This document shows positions 1 to 10,329 of a stretch of 23,870 bases of DNA, in pieces; position 1 is the first letter of the stretch, and each line of letters starts with the position of its first letter. The DNA is taken from contig NW_021836524.1 in NCBI RefSeq assembly GCF_006345805.1, positions 1-23,870 on the forward strand, given 5' to 3'. Source of the stretch: Octopus sinensis (lineage: Eukaryota). The notes below the pieces were generated by a model. The model had not been told where the DNA came from and searched no databases. It saw nothing but the letters and a program-made list of their open reading frames with translations. A program made the translations under genes and the position numbers.

Positions 1-269
1 GAATAAAATGAAACTAATTCACTGTGTGTGTGTTGACAGGTAGACAATAGAATGCGATGGCGATGTATATTTGTTTCTGTCTATCACGCTAATAATACAT
101 GAGTAAAATGTATGGCAAGCTAAGAGATAAGAGTGAGTGAAATGTTCTTGGAAGAGAGTAAATAGCGACAGAGTGATTTGAGGAAGACTAAACTGAAAGT
201 ATGAAACAGTGTTTATGTATAAACAGACGACACTTATAATATTATTAATAAATGTATGCATCCGTTTAA

Positions 270-540
270 CCTTTCGTTACCAAACCGCCCGAATTTACCT
301 ATTCATATTTAAATGAGAATATCAGAGTAAATCTCTTTAGTACATTCGTGAAAACAGTATTATACTTCGTAAACACTTCAAATACAGTTTTGTACAAAAA
401 TCGAAGTGTAATTTTAATTCCGTGAATTATGGGAGATTTTTTTCCGAAATTGTTCCTATTGTGTTTTCAAAATTTGTAATTCTGACAAAAATGGATACGA
501 TTTCATTATATCAAGCAGCGAGTCAGAATTCGAAGGATTT
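270..540 (+). mobile_element. Possible piggyBac-like non-autonomous element fragment (one end only)
   Basis: TTAA at 266-269 is followed by CCTTTCGTTACC, resembling a TTAA target site plus a CCCTTT-type piggyBac terminus. No matching opposite TIR was found and the extent is uncertain. Confidence 0.3.
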
Positions 541-589
541 TCTACTGAAGACCTTCATAAATCTAACTCTATGACTGAAAAAAAAAGCA

Positions 590-966
590 TCTTTATATAA
601 GAGTGAAATTGTGTGTCTGTCCTACGATTTAGATTCGTAACTACTCCCACATTTTGCGGTGCAGTTTAACCAAAAGCGGGTATCTTATAGTCGTGATTCA
701 TATCGAGCCCTTCTGGGTATTAGCGCGAGTCTACGATTTAAAAAAATTTACCATCATATTTTTCATTTTAATGCATTTTTTCGCTTTTATATAGGGAAGT
801 AACTCTCTAAAAATATCTACGATGTGTCAACGATTTACAAAAAAAAATTTACCTTAATTTTATTTCAATTTTTAATGCATTTTTTTGCTATTTTGGCTAT
901 AACTCTCTAAAAATGCTTATATAGTTATTTCCCTTACAACCCGAGCAACGCCGGGCGATACTGCTA

Positions 967-967
<1 letters not shown>
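590..967 (+). mobile_element. Non-autonomous Helitron-type element (378 bp)
   Basis: 5' A|TC (TCTTTATATAAGAG), 3' hairpin CCCG-AGCAACGC-CGGG at 940-955, then CTAG|T at 964-968. It is inserted between A and T with no TSD and has an internal ~90-bp tandem duplication (~730-915). These are the hallmarks of Helitron termini. Confidence 0.75.

Positions 968-1000
<33 letters not shown>
968..1000. repeat. (TA)n microsatellite
   Basis: Perfect TA run directly after the Helitron end. Confidence 0.95.
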
Positions 1001-1005
<5 letters not shown>

Positions 1006-1680
1006 GTGTATACGGGTAATTATTTGTGGTTACGACGTGGATTATTATGTATGTTTGCATGGGGTAGGTGTTTTTCGGTGGATGTCAATAGATGGAGAAA
1101 AAGAAAGATATTTTATAACGCATGCACTCGTGTTTATCCGAAATGGTAGAGATGTTCACGTGTGAACGGGGATATTTGGGTGGTGGAAATTGTATGAGGT
1201 TTGAGTAGGACAATACGGGAGACGACGAGATGCAGAGAAGTGGTGGGTACCGTCGATGAAATGTTGTTTAGTCGATCATACGAGAGTCAGTGGTAAACCT
1301 CTCGTTTAGACTCGGACGAATCAGGCTTACAAAGACGTTATGATCACACAGACTTTTTTTCATGCAATAAACGGAAGGAAAGGTGGGAGGAAAAATTATA
1401 AAATTCAGTGATGGCGTAGTGCTTAAGAAGAATGGACGGCGAATTGGGCGACCAATAAATGATACGTGTAGGGTTTGTAAAGAGTCGACTTAGAGCATTT
1501 TTAAGGAATGTGAGGTTAATTGGGGAAGCCGTTGGAAGCAGCAGTTTTGAATTGGAAGTTTCGGAATTACCTTACAAAGATATACTGGATAATTAATGAG
1601 GTGATGTGGTGCATGAAAAGAGCAAGGTTTTAGCGATAGGACGATTTCGGTGAGGCGGAGAAGAATAGAAGTGCATTCTG
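1000..1680 (-). mobile_element. Probable decayed Penelope-like element (GIY-YIG endonuclease C-terminal part), copy 1
   Basis: Homologous to 19190-19860, where the motifs are clearer. This copy is heavily interrupted. Confidence 0.35.
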
Positions 1681-1935
1681 TACTCTGTTGTGTTCTCTCA
1701 CTAATTTTTAGTCTCTATCTATTTTACTTAATGAATAAAGTCCTTAGCTTTTTCCATCAGTTACAGTGTGTGGCTTGTCCAGTCCTCATTCTACATTGTG
1801 CGTTCATTCCATTAACCATTTACAGTCACTGTCATCAATTCTAATAGACTCTTTTCAATTTAGCCCACACCTACGATCATTGGGCACTCTAGTTAATGAT
1901 AGTCACGTGGCCACTATTCAGCTCTGGTGACTCAC

Positions 1936-2065
1936 GTACAATACCACCATCCGTAGCCAGTACACTTGACCACCAGTTAGCAGCCTCGGTATTTGATATC
2001 TACAATCCAAAGCTGGACAGCCTGAAATTCTTGATCGCCATGGTGGTTTTCAGTCCAGCACCGAT
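1936..2065 (-). other. Exon-like 130-nt segment with conserved splice signals
   Basis: On the minus strand, TTAAATTACAG| acceptor and |GTGAGT donor, both retained in the paralog at 20115-20245. All three frames contain a stop; one gives a Cys-rich DRCW...KYRGC*LVVKCTGYGWWYC. Confidence 0.25.
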
Positions 2066-2879
2066 CTGTAATTTAACGTAGAGATATCTATATTCTGTGG
2101 TTAGACAACCTTCTTTTCATTTGTTCCGTAGTAGACAACATTTAAAATTCTAATTTGAACAATTACCTAGAAAGGAGTAAGCAGTCTTGTGCAGTCTCTA
2201 TAGGGTCTATAGGTAACGTTACAAACGTGATATATCACATGATTTGCTTGAGTGTGCGTGCGTGTGCGTGAGAGAAACGGAAAGAGAAAATGAGAGGAAT
2301 AAAAAGAGAAGAAGAGAAAGATAAAGAGAGAAAGAGTGAACAGAAGTATAGTTTATACTAACCGTCATATACAAGGCTTGAATTAGTAGGACAAGTAGTT
2401 CTGCCCCACCGGGTATACAATGATCCGGGACCGGGTTCTGTGAAATTAAAATGAAACAATGTAGTTTAAAAGAAAGAATTCTTGAATCCTATACAAAGGA
2501 AGTTGTTGGCTTGGAAGGAATTGATAGAGAGGAGAGAAATTTAGAATTTAAGAGAAAAAGAATGAGTGAATGAATGAAAATCAGAATGAAAGAAGTAAAT
2601 GATTCGCTAAGAATAAATTTTAAACGAAGAAAATTAGTCATTTGTCTATTGAGCCTGTTGTTGACGTTGATGTCAACGAATTGGGAGATTAATCTCAGAA
2701 TATCAGAATGTGTATTTGGCTCCCTTAAAAACGGATGTTTGTTTTGTAGTTGAACTTGGATGTGAATATATATATAGTATATTTGTGACCATATATATTT
2801 ATAGATATGTTGGCCATATTATCAATTCTTGGCACCTGATGGGCCAGTTACAAATATCAGCTTGGTGTTTGGTGCGAAT

Positions 2880-4830
2880 CAGGCCATCATAGCTACAATA
2901 TGCAAAGGGCTCGAAGGAATAGCCATACCGCGTCATTCATCGAGTCGGATAACAGCATTTGCGTCCGGATCTTGGAAGAAGGAGTCCATTTGGGAAATAT
3001 TTTGCAGTCTCCACCCAAATCAATGTGGGATGCATGGGAAGGGAAAACAAAATATGCGTGTTCCATGACCCCGAAGCCGGTCTAGAAGGGATCATCCGTT
3101 CATAATTGAGAATTAGACTGTCAAAACCGGACGAGACAAAACGCTGCCTGTTATATATAATCAGTTTCCTCAAGAAAGCTTCATTGCTTCGGAGGCGCTC
3201 ACTTGGAATTAGGTTGGAAACTCTACCGTGCAGGTGTGGTGCCAACAATGTCTGCACAGGCGGAAGTGGGATGCTCACAATCCCTGGCTTTCGGATTGGA
3301 TTATGAGGTGAATCACACTAGGTATTAAGGGATACCTCCTGAAGCTCAAGCAGAATGAAGGAGTGGTGTAGCTGCTGGAAGTAAATGCACCCAATAGCGA
3401 GGTCAAATACAAATGCTTCCTTAACAAAGTCACTGCAGCTTTGGATATATTTGGGGTAAAGTCATTTGTCTTACAAGGAGACTTCCGTGCACACTTTGGC
3501 GCTGATAACCGCAAGAAGTATTGATTGAGTGGAATGGCGTCACACACCTTAATGGGGTGGCCATACTAGTCTTCTGGCAGGAAACGGACGCTGTATGATA
3601 TAGTTATCGTTTTAAGACGGTTGTTTATAAGGGTACTTGGAATAGAAATGCTTAGTGACAGAGGTTCTTGATAGATGTTGTTGTCGTCTCAGTCATCTTT
3701 GAGTCTGTGCTGGACGTTCGGGTAAAAGGAGTGGGGAGAGTTGTCAACTGACCACTACCAAGATGTCTGAAACCGGAAGATGCCTACAGTTGGGAGAACC
3801 TAGTAAATTGGTAAGTCCAGTGCGACCTACAGAATAAAGTTGAAAGTAGTTGTGGATGATGGAATAAGAAACACAAATTGTGGATAATATTGCATCCAAA
3901 TGAGAGAGACCCACATGAATAAACTTGGGCATCGAAATCGATTAGTGATTGTATTTTTTTTGTCGAACTAAAGTCACTGAAAGTGATAAAGCTGCTGGAG
4001 AGAAATACGTTCGTCTTGATAATTTAAAACCCTTAAATACTCAGGGTATTCCTTGAGTGACCCATGTATGCTAGGTGGAATGGGGCATCAGGGAAAACAC
4101 GAGGGCAATGTCAATCCGGGGTAATAACCACAGATTTTTTAAAGACAAAGTCTACACTACATGTCTAGAAATATTACGAAGAGAAATGGTCGCGCCCAAG
4201 ATTACTGTACAGGACGCAGTACACCCGACCAGAGATTCGTTCAAAGGCAGATCTTCAAGAAAATGTTGAAATATATCCAAGGGGAATACGCTGTAGACCA
4301 CGTGCCGTGGGGCATGTTGCGGATGGTTTACCAGGAAGGTGAGATTATTGGGAAAATACTTTTTACCGTAAAATACTCGTACGGATATCCAAATGTTTGT
4401 ATTTGTGCAAAAGCCGAATGTTTTCAACATGGAGTTTGGAATTCAGTAGAAGAGCGCATTGTTAGTGCTTCTTCTCACATTTCTTATGATCTGGTTGAGC
4501 AAGGCTCAGCCATTTTAGAAGAAGTATCTCATTTCGTCTGTAAGGGATCGGTCGACTGCTATTTGCAGACGACATGCTGCTATCTGACTCATGACATGTT
4601 CACTTTCGACATGCATTGAATGGGTTGGCTGCCGAGTGCTCCAAGGCAGGGATGACTAACACACACTCTGCAGGAAAGTGGAACATCGTTACTTCGGGAA
4701 TCTATTCACGAGTGATTGGAAGCACAAAGATGAACAGACTGCTAGATTCTAGATATAAACGCATTGATGCGCTAGGTCGGGCATTCGATTCTCAGACGAA
4801 CAATGGTTGGTACACTTATCGACGAAGCGC
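2880..4830 (+). mobile_element. Decayed RTE-clade LINE (APE-type endonuclease + reverse transcriptase remnant), copy 1
   Basis: Conceptual translation across frameshifts gives GWKLYRAGVVPTMSAQAEVG, LLEVNAPNSEVKYKCFLNKVTAALDIFGVKSFVLQGDFRAHFG (GDF at 3477-3485), LDVRVKG..ELSTDH, KVYTTCLE, GRSTPDQRF..RQIF, AVDHVPW, GRLLFADD (FADD at 4562-4573) and AAECSKAGM. This is the order seen in RTE/REX3/Expander-type ORFs. Many stops and internal deletions are present. Confidence 0.9.
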
Positions 4831-4867
4831 TGCACACACACACACACACTCATATACACACAATTAA

Positions 4868-5285
4868 TGTCATAGTATAAAAGAGTAAATTTTATAAAGG
4901 AAATTATTGTAAAGTAAAATGTATTTTAAAAGAAATTTAGACTAGTGTCTTAGTATATATTACTGAAGAAATATGGATAGTGTGATGTAGATTCAATTCA
5001 ACTTTGGTGAAATTATAAATCGTTAAGGAGACACGGGTGAATGACTTTAGCTAAACACTGTAGAACTGGAAGCTGGATACTTTATAATATTTAATCTCAT
5101 TCCTGAACATTTCTTCAAAGTTATTGTCTTATACAATATAAAATTAGTTCTTACTTGGGGTGCCATCAGGTTTATCGTCGCAAGATTTCTTGGAGGTGAA
5201 ACGGTTCTGTGGAAAAAGAGAGAGTATTTATTATCGTTTAGAACTGGAAAAAAAATGCAATATATGACAACATTTTCGGACAGCA
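4868..5285 (+). repeat. AT-rich flank duplicated together with the RTE (paralog of 8998-9358)
   Basis: Collinear matches such as AAAATTAGTTCTTACTTGG.GTG.CATCAGGTTTATCGTCG and GTGTCTTAGTATATATTA occur after both RTE copies. Confidence 0.85.
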
Positions 5286-5944
5286 TTTTATGAAGATGTG
5301 GGTGACGTCGACATTGTCCATTCCACCAAATCTATTATATTGTGTTACATCTTGGAGGTTTGCTGGAACTGCATGCCTTTCTGTGAATCTGGTATTTCCT
5401 TATTTCATGCTTGTATATGGCAAAGCATACACATTACATAAACAGCTAATATCCCTGTTCATTGTCAAGAGTAGACTAATTTTGCTATCTAAAATCGCTG
5501 GTAGTTTGAAGATTACTAGCAACGTAGACTTGCGCATTCTGCTGACGTACAAGAAAGCCCGACGCCAACCTTTCATGTACGGCGTCCTAATCCGCTGTAG
5601 GACTTTTCCACTGCGTCCTTAGGAGAAACTGTCAAGGCAATATGAAGCAATATTTAAAAGTAGTTTGAATTGATGCAAAAGCTCTATTGCCTTGATATTA
5701 TTTAGTATAGTTATCCATCATGATCACTGAAGAGTCGGGCATTTCTAGCACTGGAGAATAGTATTCCGGATTGAATCTCGAAGGTCAATATATCATTTGA
5801 GGTTCAATGGAATATCACAAAATTTTGCAAGAAAAATGTTTGGGAACATATATAGTAGGCTATAAAGTGACTGCATACGAAAGGGATGAGGATTAGATAT
5901 TTTGTACACGGGTGCTATATAAAGTGGTTATTCACTCCTTAAAT

Positions 5945-6150
5945 ATAGTGTGTATATGTAGATGTATATATGTAAGTGTATAAAAATTTATATATATATA
6001 TACGTGTGTGTGTGTTGATATATATATATATATATATATGTTTATACATATATATAACATATGTTTGTTTATATATATATATGTATATATATATATATGT
6101 ATATATATATGTATACATATATACATATATATATATATATGTATTATATA
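5945..6150. repeat. (TA)n/(TATG) compound microsatellite
   Basis: Direct reading of the sequence. Confidence 0.95.
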
Positions 6151-6711
6151 TTGGGTTGCCTGGAAAGCTCGTGCCGATTTTTAAAGGAAAATAAAGGGTC
6201 AATAAATACTTGCCATTACATTTTTAAACAACCAAATACGAACCATTTGCACTATGCTTCTCCATCTTTCCTTAACTTGAAAATACCCTCTTTCCAGAAT
6301 TGAGGTGGTTTCATGGCAAAGAATTCATCGAGGCATCTTTTTACGTCATTCAAGGAATTAAAATTTTTACCATTAAGACTATTCTGCAGAGGCCTGAATA
6401 AGTGGAAATCCGAAGGTGCAATATCTGGTGAATATGGAGGGATGGAGTAACACATGCCAGCCGAGCTGCAGCAATTTTTGTCTGGTTCCCAGAGCATCAA
6501 GTGCCGAAAATGAACTTTCTTATCCTGCCTTTCAAGTGTTACAAAATTAACACTTGTTATAGGAACATAAACTTTCTTACACGAAATGATAGCTTAAGCT
6601 GCGCTGTAAATGGAGGTGGAGTTAGATTCTAGTTTATGAACTCAACCATGTTCTAAAATAAGTCGAAATTAAAGCTACCATATATCGGCAATAAATTTCC
6701 GGACAACCCAA
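6151..6711 (-). mobile_element. Internally deleted mariner (Tc1/mariner) element with both TIRs
   Basis: 28-bp TIRs at 6151-6178 and 6684-6711 (22/28 identical), each flanked by TA. The minus-strand ORF contains PPYSPDIAPSDFHLFRPLQNSLNGKNF (YSPDIAPSDF at 6405-6434), the mariner transposase C-terminal motif. The N-terminal and most of the catalytic coding region are missing. Confidence 0.9.
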
Positions 6712-6729
6712 TATGTTAACCGGCATTTC

Positions 6730-6731
6730 TA

Positions 6732-6772
<41 letters not shown>

Positions 6773-6773
6773 C

Positions 6774-6810
<37 letters not shown>

Positions 6811-6860
6811 ATATCCATCTCTCTATCTATCTTTCTGTCTGTCTGTCTGTCCGTCTCTCT
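6730..6860. repeat. (TATC)n/(TCTG)n microsatellite
   Basis: Direct reading of the sequence. Confidence 0.95.
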
Positions 6861-6889
6861 TTCTATCCGCAAATCTACCAATCCATACT

Positions 6890-7038
6890 CACACATATTT
6901 ACACACACGCACACATACATAATACATACACACATATTTACACACACGCACACATACATAATACATACACACATATTTACACACACGCACACATACATAA
7001 TACATACACACATATTTACACACACGCACACATACATA
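6890..7038. repeat. 39-bp minisatellite, ~3.8 identical copies
   Basis: Unit CACACATATTTACACACACGCACACATACATAATACATA begins at 6890, 6929, 6968 and 7007 (last copy partial). Confidence 0.9.
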
Positions 7039-7109
7039 CCTAAATAAATACATGCATACAGACATACATATGTTAAAAGAAAATCCATGACTTACCGTTT
7101 TTGATGGGA

Positions 7110-8965
7110 GCACAATATTGACGGTCTCAGGACAACAAAGCAGATCAAGAAGAGAACCTTTAATAATTGAGAATTAAAACGTCAAAATTGTTAGTTATAA
7201 TCTGCCTGTAAGATATAATCGGTGTCTCCTCTACAAAAATTCGTTTCTCCGATAGCGTACACTTGGATATAGGCTTGAAACTCCACTACGCAACTGTGGT
7301 GCCAACAATATCTGCAGAAGTGGGATTAGGATACTCTCAATCCCCAGCATTCGGATTGAATTATGGGGTGAAACCTACTAGGTGTGAGGGTTCACCTCTT
7401 GAAACTAAGGCTGAATATGAAGGACCACTGTGGCTGTTGTAAGTATATGCAGCAATCAGCGAGGTCAAATACAAATCCTTCCTAAGCAAATTCACCTCAG
7501 CTTTAGATATATTTGGGGTAAAGTCATTTGTCCTGCCAGGAAACTTCAGTGCACACCTTGGCACTGATAACCGTGAGAAGGATTGATTGGAAGGAATGTC
7601 GTCAGTGAACTTAATGGAGAGATCATAGCAGCCTTCAGTGCAGGATACACACTCTCCCCTCTATGGTACAGATATTATTTTAAGACAGGGATATTTATAA
7701 GGGTGCCTGGTATAGAAATACTTGGTGACAGACGTTTCTGATAGATTTCGGTCCTCTTTCACTCTTTGCTGAACGTTCGGGTAAAAGGAGGGGTGGAGTT
7801 GTAAATTCGGCACTACCTAAATGTCTAAAAATCTGAAAATTCCTACAGTCTGCCGAACACTGGAAATTGGTAAGTCCAGTGCGACCTACAGAATACAGTT
7901 GGCAGCCGCAGTGGATGCTAGGATCAGAAACAAAAATGTGGAGTCTTTTGCATCCAAATTGAGAGTGACCCGCCTGAATGGACTTGGACATCAAAGGGAT
8001 TCGTGATTGTATAATATTTTTCGTCAGGTTCTTCTTCGGCTGAACGCTTATTTGAGCTAAACTCACTTAAAAGTGATAAAGCAGTTGGTGAATATGTACG
8101 TCCGGCTTGATATTTTAGAAACCATAAATACAGATGGGATTCTCTGAGTGACCCATGTACGCAAGGTGGATGGGACCTCTGGAAAAAACACCAAGGCAAT
8201 GGTAATATGGGGTGACAATCACATCTTTTTCAAACAGAGACCAAAGGGTGTGTTCTAATTATAGAAAAGTCTACACTAGATGTCAGGAAAAGATATGTAG
8301 GGAAATTATCGTGCCCAAGATTACTGTCCGGGACGCGGAACACCCGACCAGATAGTCGTTCAAAACAGATATTCCATCAAACGTTGAAGAATTTCCAAGA
8401 GGAATACGCTTTAAACCACGAAAAGGCACACGATCACGTGCCCTGGGGCATGTTGCGGATGGTTTACCCGGAAGGTGAGTTTAATGGGCAAATACTGGTT
8501 GCCATAAAGTACTTATATGGATGTTCAAATGATTGTATTTATGTAAAAGTCGAAAGTTTACAACGTGAAGGTTTCACTTAGTTGAAGTGCGCATTGTTAG
8601 TGCCCCTTCTCACATTCTTTTTTGTGATCTGGTTGAATATGCGCAGCCATTGTGGTAGAGGTATCCCAATTCATCTCTACGTGATCGGTCGACTGTTATT
8701 TGTAGACGGCATCCTGCTACCTGATTCGTCTGATGGTCACCAACAACGTGCAATGAATTGGTTGGCTACCGAGTACCCCAAGGCAGGGCTGACAAATACG
8801 CACGGTGTAGGAAAGTGGAACATCATTATTTCGGGTCTCTATTCACGAATGATTGGAAGCACAAGAGTGGACAGAATGCTGAATTGTAGATATAAACGCA
8901 GTGAAGCGCCAGCTCGGGCATTTGATTCTCACATGAAGAGGTCTTGGTACAATTATCGACGTAGC
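7110..8965 (+). mobile_element. Decayed RTE-clade LINE, copy 2
   Basis: Collinear with 3030-4830. It gives VLPGNFSAHLG, KGAWYRNTW, HDHVPWGMLR and GRLLFVDG (catalytic FADD degraded to FVDG at 8699-8710), with many stops. Confidence 0.88.
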
Positions 8966-8997
8966 ACTGCATATGTACTCATATACACACAATACAC

Positions 8998-9358
8998 GGC
9001 ATAGTATATTAGAGTAACATTTTAGTTAGGAAGTTATTGTAAAGTAGAATATATTTTGAAATAAATTCAGGCAAGTGTCTTAGTATATATTATTGTGGAC
9101 ATATGGATAATAATGTGGAACTAATTCAAAGTTGGTGAAATTGTAAACCATTAGTTAATGAGTCACGGGTAAAAGACTTTAGCAATAAAATTAGTTCTTA
9201 CTTGGAGTGTCATCAGGTTTATCGTCGAGAGATTTCTTGGAGATGAAACGGTTCTGTGATAAAATAGAAATAGCATCATATAAATAGAACTTCAAGGTAT
9301 TTATTATCGTTTAGAACTTAAAACATTGCAATAGATGACAACATATTCGGACAGGTAT
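8998..9358 (+). repeat. Second copy of the RTE 3' flank (paralog of 4868-5285)
   Basis: Collinear with 4868-5285 but lacks an ~80-bp stretch present there (~5050-5130). Homology stops at ..CGGACAG. Confidence 0.85.
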
Positions 9359-9951
9359 CATTGTCAACACTACCATCTCAACCCCTTAGAAATCTTCTAG
9401 AAGGCGCTTCAATCCAGTCAAAGGATTTTCTGAACGATATCAGACAATACAACTCTGCATTTCAAATGACATCGTTTGGTGAATCTAAGAAGATAGATAA
9501 ACATGAATTTACGCCGAAGTCAAAGTTCAAGGGCAAGTCTATCCCCTGAATGGTTCCCTGGTACCTGCGAATGAACAACCACAGTTCCTCCAAATTTACT
9601 CTATGAGTGATGTAGGATAACAAACCCGACGTGAGGTGTCAAAATTTCCGATGATGGGTCGTGTTAGACACAGCGCACACTGCTGCAAAGTAGAGTATAT
9701 CCACTGACAGCTTTTCGGTGCGTTCAAAAAACACACAAACCCCACCTTCAATTTTGCATGACAGGTTAGGGTCTGAAACACTCCAAACGGACGCATAGCA
9801 TGTTGCTGAATCGAATTAGCCCAGCATTTACTCTTCAAATGTTTTGTTGTCATGTTGCACTTTCCCATATCACCTGTTTCAAAGTGACTGGAATATATTA
9901 TATACCAACTTTGCCATTTTAATCCCCAGCAATGTCGGGTATGTCTGCTAG
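9355..9951 (+). mobile_element. Helitron Rep/helicase-region coding remnant fused to a Helitron 3' end
   Basis: QVSL..P..PLRNLL, FLNDIRQYNSAFQMTSFG (YNSAFQMTSFG at 9448-9480), then after a frameshift KVQGQVY (9522-9542) and GSL.P..EQPQFLQIY (PQFLQIY at 9579-9599). These motifs are typical of the N-terminal part of Helitron RepHel ORFs. The element ends in CCCAGCAATGTCGGG-TATGTCTG-CTAG|T (CTAG at 9948-9951). Confidence 0.8.
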
Positions 9952-9952
9952 T

Positions 9953-10048
9953 TCACACACACACTCACACACACACACACATACACACGCATATTTTTAC
10001 ATATATATATATATATATATATACATACACACACACACACACACACAT
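9953..10048. repeat. (CA)n/(TA)n compound microsatellite
   Basis: Direct reading of the sequence. Confidence 0.9.
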
Positions 10049-10084
10049 GAATTTATATAGTTAAAGTTAATCAAAACAAGAAAG

Positions 10085-10250
10085 CACAAAAAAACAACAA
10101 CGCAAGGACGTGGAACAAATATAGTATTTATTGGACGCTCAGGAAAGAAGGAAAGGAGGAGGGTTTAACGTTTCGGGTGGAGCTCTTCGTCGGAAACATA
10201 CGAGAAGGAAAGATCGAGAGGATGGAAGACAGAGGAAAAAAACGGTACAC
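10085..10250 (-). mobile_element. Possible Penelope-like terminal-repeat fragment
   Basis: The minus strand reads TTTCCGACGAAGAGCTCCACCCGAAACGTTAAACCC, resembling the CTGA(C/A)GAAG...CGAAACGT pseudo-LTR signature of Penelope-like elements. Assigned by recall only. Confidence 0.35.
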
Positions 10251-10329
10251 ACACTGTCACATTTTGAATGACCGGAAGGAAAAGTGGGAAGAAAAGTTCT
10301 TTCAAAGACAGGAGAGTTGTAGAGAGGAG

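Larger units (their letters stand above)
1000..2880 (+). repeat. Segmental duplication block A, copy 1 (paralog of 19190-20940 plus 22160-22269)
   Basis: Collinear matches, e.g. GGGTATACAATGATCCGGGACCGGGTTCTGTGAAATTAAAATGAAACAATGTAG at ~2411 and ~20583, and GATTTCGGTGAG..GAGAAGAATAGAAGTGC at ~1643 and ~19830. Confidence 0.92.

Noticed and set aside
4161-4619. 152-aa ORF that could be called a standalone gene
   Set aside because: It is a stop-free stretch of the decayed RTE reverse transcriptase, and it leaves the correct frame before the FADD motif.
5700-5900. Weak Tc1-like peptide (SIM..GISSTGE..MEYHKILQEKCL)
   Set aside because: Similarity is marginal, there are stops, and no TIR or DDE motif was found.
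5932-6303. YI-rich ORFs
   Set aside because: They are translations of (TA)n microsatellite.
6890-7038. Regular repeats that could mimic a CRISPR array
   Set aside because: The units abut with no unique spacers, there are no cas genes, and the context is eukaryotic.
7096-7205. Apparent complete signal-peptide exon with an acceptor at 7206-7207
   Set aside because: Most of it, including the apparent acceptor, aligns with RTE copy 1 (~3030-3155), and there is an upstream in-frame stop with no ATG. Only the donor end is kept as a finding.
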